Assembly: GCA_030770535.1 (NCBI GenBank) | Contig: JASVEC010000100.1 | Location: 1-58,258 of the forward strand | Source: Batkoa obscura | Taxonomy: Eukaryota | Reading direction: 5' to 3' | Length of the DNA stretch: 58,258 nucleotides | Part shown: in pieces, positions 48,719 through 58,258 of the stretch | Layout of the letters: each line of letters opens with the position of its first letter | Position numbering within the stretch: the stretch's first letter is position 1 | The notes under the pieces: model-generated | Told to the model about the DNA's origin: nothing | What the model saw: only the letters and a program-made list of their open reading frames with translations | Database searches by the model: none | Program-made: the position numbers and the translations under genes

Positions 48719-51200
48719 ATGTCAAGCTCAGAAAACGAAGAATATACAACAGGAAGAAGATTTAGGAAGAGAGATAAAGATGATGATATATATGGTATCT
48801 TTGGAGAAGAAGAAGAAGAAGAGATAGATACAAGAAATAGAAATTTAACAGAGTAAATATTTTAATTCATTAATTAAAGAAGACTAAATTTCTATTAGCC
48901 CAGTTGAGTTTGTCGTGCCCAATGATGATGACAGCGAAGAAGAAATTAGAATGAATTTTAGTAAAGAGGAATTAAGCGAAGAAGAGGATACTCATATGGG
49001 TTTTGGTAGAGAAGAGTTAAATGATGATGATGTACGAGTGAGCTTTAGTAACAACAATATAATTGAGAAAAAAGAGGAAGGAAATTATCAACCTAGTTTC
49101 AAAAAGAATAAAGTAATGAACAAAAAGAAATTTCAACAACCAAAACAAGTAGATAGAGATTTTGGCGCATTTTTAAAACATGATAAGAAAAAAACAGTAC
49201 TTAAAATGATGGAAAAGATGGGGTTTAATAAAGTAAATTTGTCTTTTATATATATTAAATAATGCTAATAGATGTTTTTTTAGAATGAAGGTTTAGGTAA
49301 AGATGGTACAGGTAGGATAGCACCTATTGAAGTGAAAGTTCGAAATAAAAATATGGGGTTGGGTTTTAATGGATTCCGAGAAAGAGTAGATGGTAATTTT
49401 AATGAAGAGGAAGAGGTAGAAGAGGTTAAAGAAAGGAAGCCAAATAAAATTCAAAAGCCTACAGTGATGTATCCAAACCTAGATCACATCATTAAAAGTG
49501 TTGAACAAAGGAGAGAAAATAATGAAAAGGATGAAAATTTGATTAAGGATGTTAACGTTATTTTGGAGGTTACTAAGAAAGAATTGTTAGATATTTACAA
49601 TGAAAAGAAACTGCTGAATTTACAACTGAATAATTATCAGCTAGAAAAAGAAAATGTATACAACTTTATCCATAAATATCAAGTAGAAATGAATTATTTT
49701 GATCAAATTAAAAGATTTATTTTGAATATTAATGGTATGGAAGGCAGCAGTAACAGCGATGATGAACTAAGTATTACCAATAAAAAACTAAGTGAGCTAA
49801 ATGAAATATTACTATCAATTATCAACTCAAACTCAGAATATTTAAACGCTATTTATGTTAAAATCCAATTTATAGCAGTTAATATAATACAAGATAAAGT
49901 AAGTTTAATCTCAACTTTATTTAATAACTAACTAACGGTTTTAGTTTAAGCTTTATTTAAAACAATTTAATTTTGATCAAATGGATCCAAATTTACTACA
50001 ATTATTTGAGTTGATTTTAAATTACCCACTATTATTTAAAGTCAATAATAGTAACACTGTTGAGAATGAAAATGGCAATGAAGAGTAAGTGGCTATTATA
50101 CATACTATTACTTTGATGTTTATTTAATACTTTATTACCTTAGTTCTAACAATATCTATTCTCCATTTGATTATTTAGTATTCAATGAATTTTTACCTGT
50201 TTTAAAGCAAACTATTAGGTAAGTTATAGCTATACATATATAAATAAGTAGTTAATAATAATATTTTAATAGTGATAAAATGGATCAAAGGATGGATCAA
50301 GATGACAAAATCATACAGTTTTTACAAGGCTGGGAACCTTTGTTTTGTGCTTCAATATTTCAAATAATTATGAACGATATTATTGTACCAAATTTAATTT
50401 CCAATTTGAATTTCAAGTTTGCTATCCATTATTATTTATTTCCTTGGCTGCCATTATTAAGTAAAGAGTTTATCTTTAATAGTATTTGAATTGAGTTAAA
50501 TTAATTTATTGTTATTAGGTAACAAAGATAAACATAAGCGACATAATGAATGGCCAAAAGAGTTAATAAAAGCAGTTAAAAAATGGATTGCAAAAGCAAT
50601 TGAAAAGTGGGAGCCAGCAGATAAAAAAGAAGACTTATTACAGTTAATATTACCTTGGAGAGAAGTAATTGTTATTATTGTTATTTAGTAATTTCGTATT
50701 TACATTTATTGTTGTTAGATATTAGATAGAAGTACTTTTGATAAGTTGATGGTTAATAACTTAATACCAAGATTGGAAGATATATTAAAACGGCATTTTG
50801 ATATTAATCCGAGTGAACAAGACTTAAGTAAGTTTACAATGATTATAATAATAGTATAATAATAATAATAATATTTTAGATTTATTTAATCTGCTATTAT
50901 CCTTTAAAGACATAATATCATTCAATGACTTTGATTCGTTGTTATCAGCTGCCATCTTTAAAAAATGGCTATCTACTTTAGATATGTGGTTGGATATGGA
51001 CCCCCCTATGATGGAATTATTTCGATGGTAATTTGTTATTATTTGGTCTAATGAAATCATTATTAATTTATTCGTTTACAAGGTATACGTATTGGAAGTC
51101 TTTAGTACCAAAAGATATAATAAAAGAGGGTCAACAGGTGAACGACAAGTTGAGAGTGGGATTGTTAACAATTTTAAATTATATGAATAATAATAATTAA
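48719..51200 (+). CDS. TFIP11: TFIP11/Ntr1 (Spp382) G-patch spliceosome disassembly factor, multi-exon
   Basis: KDDDIYGIFG, G-patch KMMEKMGFNKNEGLGKDGTGRIAPIEVKVR..GLGF, IHYYLFPWLP, INPSEQD, WYTYWKSLVP. Confidence 0.85.
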
Positions 51201-52923
51201 AGATTGTAATACTTTGCTTCGAAATTAACATCATAAATTTTGGCTAAAATAAAAAAATTACTAACAAAATTTATATTACAACATTAAATTTACTGATTTT
51301 TTTTACTTTAATAAATTTTCGGCGGCAGTCTATTCTGTCTAAAGATATCAAACCATGGATGTGTAAGTTGTCACCTAGGTTCAATGGCTGATATTCTTTT
51401 TTGTTATTTGTCCATAAAATACAGTTTATGAATTCGGTACTATCATCAACTAAATATGAAGTGGAAATAAATTTCATTATTAACATCAATTACTATTATT
51501 AATTTACTTTTAAATTGAACATGCTTTGATTTATAATCCAACTCTATTAAAGTGCCAAAGAACTGGCATTGGTAGATATATCCATTTTTATATATAAAAT
51601 GATGTTTATCTAGTAATATTAAGATTATTTTAGCATCAATACTATTTGTTTATCTATTTCACTTACTATCTCCAAAATATTTAAATTCCAAATGATTAAT
51701 TTCAATAATAAACAATTTTTTAATGCTAAAAAAAGCTATTACTTAATTTGTTTATTTTTGTTTAAACTAAAAGTTTTGATTTACTTTTTATTATTTACTA
51801 TATCATTACTATCATTATTAAAACCACTAGAATCCACTTTATTAGCACTTTTTCCCTTACTTGAATTACCGTAGCTCACACTATCACTATCCTTATCTAT
51901 ATTTATGATTCCAATTTCGTAATTTTGGGCATTATTGTTAAAATGATTTATACGAACTTTCTCACTATATACACTCTGCTTGCTTAATTTTAGTAGCCCA
52001 GTATTTCCTGAATCGATGCGCTTAATCTTATCCTTAGCTTCTTCAATGCTACCTACCCTTTTGATTTGTTCATATCTTTTCCTTTTATATGCTTTACTTC
52101 CAATTATATAAATCTTATTAATTTTATTCTGTTCATAAATAGCGTCGTCGTCTTCAATCATTATCTTTTTGTTTTCTAGCTTATCTCTTTCTTTCTGTTC
52201 CTTTTTCTTTTGCGCTATGTTTTTTAAATACTTTCTTATTGCTTCTAATTGCTTTTGATGTTCTTTTTGTTCTTCCTTCTTCTCAACATTTTCTTCTTTC
52301 TTTTTCTTTTTATTCTCATTACTGCTTTGCTCCTTTTCATTATCGTTACCTTGCTTTTCCTCCTCCTCTCTGTCCTCATCACTTCTCATTCCTTTTATTT
52401 TATTTGCCATCTTTTTAAATACAGAACTTACTACCAATAAATCGCTTTTCGTTTTTTCATTCATCTTATCATCTGTTATTTCTTTTTCAAAATCGGTTGG
52501 ATATTCTTTTAATATGGTTATCTCACTTTCTTTTGTATTGCTTTTGTTATTCATTTCTTCATGTTTTTTGATTTCGCCAGTATTATTTATTTCCTTTCTC
52601 ACATTCCCTTTGCTCTTGATATCATTCATACCAATTCCGTTTGCGGCTGACGTACTATCATCCTTACTTATATTGTCTTTACTTACTTCATTTTCGTTTG
52701 TGCTTTCCCCAACACTCGCAGTAACCATTGCTTTCTTACTTTGCTTTAATGTTTTATGATATTCTGTCAAAATCTTTGTTAAATTAGAAAGTCCTTTTCT
52801 ATCTTGAGTATTGATATCACTCAATGATCTTTTAGTTGCATCTCCCTCTTTCATTTTGTTCCCATTAAGATCACTCCTTGTTACTTTTACTTCCTGCCTT
52901 TCTTTACTATTTGATGGCCCCAT
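51197..52923 (-). CDS. Long charged N-terminal region spliced to a C-terminal STN1-like OB fold, 5 exons
   Basis: The 380-aa ORF has a donor AA|GTAAAT at its apparent stop; in-frame splicing gives NIKKLFIIEINHLEFKYFGDNKHHFIYKNGYIYQCQFFGTLIELDYKSKHVQFKIDDSTEFINCILW...LGDNLHIHGLI...KVKKITKIYDVNFEAKYYNL*. Confidence 0.65.
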
Positions 52924-54206
52924 TTTTTAAGGTACTTCTGTTTGTTGAACGATATTATTGAAATTTCAATTTAAAGGCTGGATTCAATAAATTAGCCTTC
53001 GTTTTTAATATTTTATTGTTATTTTTATGGATCTTATTGGTTGCTACGGATTTTAAATATTGCTTAACAGTCATTGAGATATATAATAATTAGACAATAA
53101 GCTATTAAGCTATGATAAAATGCTGGTATTTAATACTACACCAGATTGCAACCTTAAAAGTTAGAATTATTAATAATAGTTATATATTGTTCTAAAATTT
53201 GTTGTTAAGCACCCTATTATTAATAGATATAGATTGTTGCTAAAACTAATATTTGTAGTCTTTTATTATAGAAAAGTCCTTACAGTGATCTATCCAACTA
53301 TCACTCATTCTCTATCTAGAAGCAAAAATAAAGCTGGAAAGAAGAGAATAATTTTTATTGTTTGTAAAAATTTAGCATGTACAATAATATACTAATGCTT
53401 GTCCCCCAATAGCCATCATAGTTGTAGAGTATTATTTCAAATAAAAATTTAATAATAGTCAGGTTAAAGTATTTCATAAGTTAATTTGTAGTTTTATTGT
53501 ATTGAGGTTGATGCTATTACTTAAAACATAAGGACTTATTTATATTCGGGCATTGTCCTAAAGTGTAAACAGCAACTTACTGTTTTCTTATTTTCTACTT
53601 GTTTTATATTTTTATGCTTTTCTTGCTTAATTTTCTTGCTTTACGCTTCCTTGTTTTAAAGCTATGTAGCATTAAATAATATTTAAATTTAGGGGGCTTA
53701 AAATTAAAACTAGTACCTATTTAACCAATAATCTCTCTGCCTAGTAAAAATGCTAAAGTAATGGAAATAGCTTATTTTTTATAAAAGTTTAAAGAAATAA
53801 CTTTATTTAAATTTAAACACTTGATAATGTTATTTTAATTTTTTTTATATTTTTTTAGGATATGATAAAGCAGTAATATTTTAGTATATAGTAACGTTAC
53901 TGTTTTTGAGCCGAATATGTGTGGTGAAGGAGTTAAATTGATACTTGACCAATCACACTATTATTATAGCTAAAACCAGTAAAGTCGTAGGTCAATTTCT
54001 TGTGCTGTTTTTTGGTTAAATATTGAAATAATATAAATGCAATTTGTTGTTATTGCCCAATCATTATTCAGTGAACCACCAATGATTTGCAGTTTAAACA
54101 ATGAATTTCAATTTTGGCTTTTGGAATGCTTAGTACTTAACAATAAATTAGAAAATAAGAAATTTAACGCTTTTTATTTTTTTGTTTATTTTATAAATTT
54201 AATTAT

Positions 54207-55187
54207 ATGGCCACTCATCAACCAGTTTTTGGAGCTTTCGGCACAAGTACTTCTAGTATCAATCAAAATACTTTTAATTTCGCCTCTCAAAGTACTCAAG
54301 AAGTTCAACATGCTCCTGAATCCAACAAGCGTTCCTTTTCACCAGAAAATGAAGACTATGGACGTAGAAATAATCAAGAATCAATCAGCTCTCCAGTATC
54401 AAACAATGAACATTTTAATAATACCCCACCAGCCGTGCTTCGTATTAAGGGAATAAAAAAGAGATATCGCAAAGAGTTGGTTTCTCAAAAGACTTTAACT
54501 TATCTTTTAGACTCATTATCAAGAGACGATCTTCTTGAAGTAGTTGAAAAAGTAACTGAAGCTAATCCTGGCTTACGTTCTGACTTTTTAGCTGCTGTTC
54601 CACGTCCAACTATCCAATCGGTATCGTTTGCCTTTTCTAACCTAGAAAAGAGAGTACATGAGTCATTCCCATTTAATAGAGATGGACAAAACAGAGATCG
54701 ATATTCTTTTACTAGAGTTAGGCCAAGATTAATTGAGCTAAGAGTAAGATATTTTTTTGTTTTTATGGACCAAACTAAGTATTAATAGGAATCAATGATA
54801 CAATATGCCGACCACTTTTTTACAGCAGAAAAAGATATGCCAAGTATGATATTCAACTTTTTGAGATTAGCTACAGATTTAGTACATCGGCTACCCAATT
54901 GGGATCATGAGGCAGACAATCAATTCAAAAAAGAATGTTATTTAAAATTAGTAGAATATTGGAATCTAGGTATTGAAATAGCTAGCACTAAAATGAAGGA
55001 AGGAAAATTATTTGGAAGAGCTTTAGTAACTGATTGGGCAACAGATTTAGATCGTCATAATTCTATTTCAAATGGAGAATTTGTTGCGACTATTTATTTA
55101 TTTCAAAATAAGCTAGGATGGGTTATTGGAATCGGCCCTATGCCACATAGTGATAATTTCAGATCATTTCCTAATCATTTGAATTAA
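54207..55187 (+). CDS. STS1: Sts1/Cut8 nuclear proteasome tethering factor, 2 exons
   Basis: LLDSLSRDDLLEVV...VPRPTIQSV...ESFPF...YSFTRVRPRLIELR; LVHRLPNWD; intron ~54743-54788. Confidence 0.85.
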
Positions 55188-55497
55188 TATAAGCCTTAGC
55201 TATTATGTAGTAACAATAAGCTATGCTTAATTTTAATTATTTGTATTAAATTTATAAGAGTATTGAATTAGTTTTGTTTAAAAAGCATATTTTTTTAATA
55301 ATAAAAATCACTGTTTAATAAATTTATTTGGACTTAATTGTATTTTTTAAACTGTTTAATCGGTAATTTAAATCCAGGAATAAAGTTGTTTAGAAGAAAA
55401 AGGGGTGATGTAATTAAGCTTAAATACAATCTAAATTATCTTTTTTTACTAAACTATCAAAAAAACTACATAACTAGTGCATTAAATAAGAACTAAA

Positions 55498-57453
55498 ATG
55501 AATGGGCAAGAAATAGAGCAACTGAAACAAAACTTTGAAATAGGAATAATAGGAGCAGGAGATATGGGACAACTCTACGCAACTCAGTTTCGTTCAAATG
55601 GTTGGAAAAAGTAAGTTTATGAATTTCAATTTTTTTTAATTTTATACATCTTTAGTATAAACATATGTGATTTGCCTTCCAAGTATGATGAGTTACTATC
55701 AAAATACCCTGGTAAAAAAACCATAACTAATAACACACCTATATAACTTTAAAAAAATATAGTCGGTAGCGGTATCAAAGTATTAAAAGATGGGTATCTA
55801 GTATCACGACAAAGTGATTTTATCATCTATTCTGTAGAAGCAGAGAACCTGGACAAAGTGGTAGGATTATATGGACCAGGTGACTATTATCCTACATTAA
55901 TAAAAAATCGATTAAGCAAATAAATAGCCACTAAAGTAGGTGCTATAGTAGCAGGACAGGTAAGATAAATGTAAAAAATATATGATTAATTATAGTTTCA
56001 TAAATACCTAGACTTCAGTAAAGGCACCTGAGATTGCGGCTTTTGAAAAATACTTACCAAAAGATGTGGAGATAATTACTTGTCACTCTATGCACGGACC
56101 TAAGATTAATCCTGTAGAGCAGCCATTAGTAAGACAATTAAGTAACAGCTTAAATAAGGATTTAAACTTTAAAAGGCATTCATTGAGTATCGAAATAGTG
56201 AAAAAAGTAAAAAGATAATCTTAGAAGTATTGAAGAGTCTCAAATCCAACTTAATTGAGTTGAACTACAAAGAACACGATGAGTAATCATTTTGTTTCAA
56301 TTTTAATTTCATTTAATCCACTACAGTATCACTGCTAATACACAAGCTGTAACTCATTTAGCTTTTATAAGGTAACATATGTTGTATTTTTTTTATTTAA
56401 ATTAACGCTGAATAGTATGGGCGCCGCTTGGATGTCACGAAAAATGTTTCCTGTAAGTCAAGATTTCAAATTAATACCAGAACTTAACCACAATATATTT
56501 TAAAGTGGGAAACCAAATCTTATGTTGGAGGGATAGAAAATGCCAAGGTCAATGTTATGCTTCGAATCTTCAGTAACAAATGGCACGTTTATGCAGGTAA
56601 TTGAGCTATTTTGTTGACCTTTATAAATTTTTAATTTTTTGTTAGGTTTGGCTCTTTTGAATCCAAGTGCTAAAAAGCAAGTGTTACAATATGCAGAATC
56701 AGTTAAATCATTGTTTGAGCTTATGATTCAAGAAAAAGAAGATGAGTTTAAGGATAGGATATTGGAAGTAAGCATTTATTAATTAATCATTACATTTATT
56801 CTATACAATATCTTTTATATATATCATTCTTTACATAACTAATTTTTAGGCAGGAAAATATATCTTTAAAGAAAAATTTATGTCTAAAGAAACTTTAAAA
56901 GATTTATTATTATCAAATGATATCTTGGATCAATTTTCAATGGCCAAAGTACCACCTCAAGAAAAGAAACCAAATTCCCATTTATCTTTATTAGCAATAG
57001 TAATTATGATAATTAATGTAATAGGCAATAATATTTAACAATTAATAGGTAGATTCGTGGTATCAAATGAAAATCGATCCCTACAACCATATTGTATGCC
57101 AAACACCTCCATTCAGAGTCTGGTTAGGCATTGTTGAATATTTATTTACTAACTATGAGTTATTAAATGAAACAATGGACTGTGCTTTACATGATAAAGA
57201 AATAAGATTAGATGATTTGAGCGTAAATTTAAACATAAATAATTTAGTAATAATTTGACAATATAACATTCTTATCTAGTTCTTTTCAGCTACACAATCT
57301 TGGGCACAAACGATTAATCTGGGAGTTATGGAATCTTACAAAAAGAAATTTTTAAATATTCAAAATTTTTTCGAATCGAGATTAAAGGAAGGACAATTAA
57401 TGTCAAGTCAAATGTTTGAGTTGATTATTAAGAATACTAAGAAATCGAGTTAA
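55498..57453 (+). CDS. TYR1: Prephenate dehydrogenase (NADP+), many short exons
   Basis: IGIIGAGDMG, SRQSDFIIYSVEAE, TSVKAPEIAAFEKYLP, CHSMHGP, TQAVTH, GGIENAKVN, SNKWHVY, PNSHLSLLAIVDSW, CQTPPFR. Confidence 0.93.
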
Positions 57454-57763
57454 ATAAATTGGTTTTTAGTAGTCGTGATATAATATTAAATGAAACTACT
57501 CAAAATGTTAATTTTTTCTTTATGACTATTTCATTTTTCAGGCTGATTGAATCAGTTATAAATTAGTCTTACTATTTTAATTTTATTTTAATAAAAAATT
57601 AAGTAGCTTATTTATGATAAAAAATTTTAAAAAAATAACTATATACCTTTTAATTATTATTTTGAAACAATTGATACTATAATAAGATGAAAACAGTAAA
57701 ATACAGCTTTTCAAAATTAGTAATGTAAAGGTTTTTAAACAGCGTCTTGCCTCCTACTTTTAA

Positions 57764-57868
57764 TATGGGATTGTTTTTTTTTGGCTTTATCATTTTTCCT
57801 ATCTTTCAAGTGCTATTTGAACAGAAAAATCTATAGTAAAATTTTCAAACATAAGTTACATCCCCATA
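57764..57868 (-). mobile_element. MITE-like element, copy M
   Basis: TA-TGGGATTG...ACATCCCCA-TA. Confidence 0.75.
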
Positions 57869-58258
57869 TGTTCCTTTTTTCAGTAATTGTAATTATTATC
57901 TGATTGGTTTTTCAAATTTTTGAAAATTGTAAGAATAGAGGAAAATAATTCGCCAAAAATCGACACGAATTTTAAAAAAAAATGGAGTTGTATAAACAGC
58001 CAATAGTCATAAAAAGACGTAATAGAAACGATCCCAAATTAAAAGTATTAATTCTAAGAATAGATAATATGATTGGGTATTCTATTTTTCTCAATTATCC
58101 AATTACAAAGAAGATAGACTTAACTTTTAAAATAAAAGTATAAATAGAACGACTATTATTATATAATAGTTATTCTTAACATATTGCACCAAAGTTTAAA
58201 TGTTTTTTTCGCAAGCAATATTATTATCTGGAGATGATAAGGATGGGGCTTTAGCCAA

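Noticed and set aside
20051..52759. Leu/Phe/Ser-rich short ORFs (e.g. 20051, 23441, 23678, 30930, 42075, 47478, 52249, 52514)
   Set aside because: Antisense shadows of Asn/Lys/Glu-rich real genes.
1..58258. U12-type introns, tRNA or rRNA genes, alternative genetic code
   Set aside because: No RTATCCTT donor at any inferred intron, no cloverleaf or rRNA motifs seen, and apparent in-frame stops are resolved by GT-AG introns.

Overview
This is very AT-rich, intron-dense eukaryotic DNA. Introns are short GT-AG, mostly about 45-75 nt, and many proteins carry poly-Asn tracts. The gene set (Byr4, Sts1/Cut8, Pho88, Tyr1, Brr6, a front-end desaturase, secreted S41 peptidases) points to an early-diverging fungus, plausibly Entomophthoromycotina/Conidiobolus-like (inference). 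About 23 protein genes can be reconstructed by hand across introns, several only partly or not at all in the ORF track. Most are housekeeping genes. Standout features: (1) two intronless secreted S41 peptidase paralogs in inverted, convergent orientation 19 kb apart, with identical nucleotide tracts interleaved with divergent patches and decayed but homologous promoters; (2) a ~100-bp TA-flanked MITE-like family with 13 copies, 7 packed into 39.3-41.0 kb, whose first half reads like a complete ~48-nt intron (GT..TACTAAC..YAG); (3) a spliced STN1-like OB fold fused to a 380-aa charged N-terminus, whose stop codon overlaps that of TFIP11; (4) a Brr6/Brl1 homolog that has lost one of its two conserved Cys pairs. 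No tRNA, rRNA or CRISPR array was found. Exon boundaries were read by eye and are approximate.
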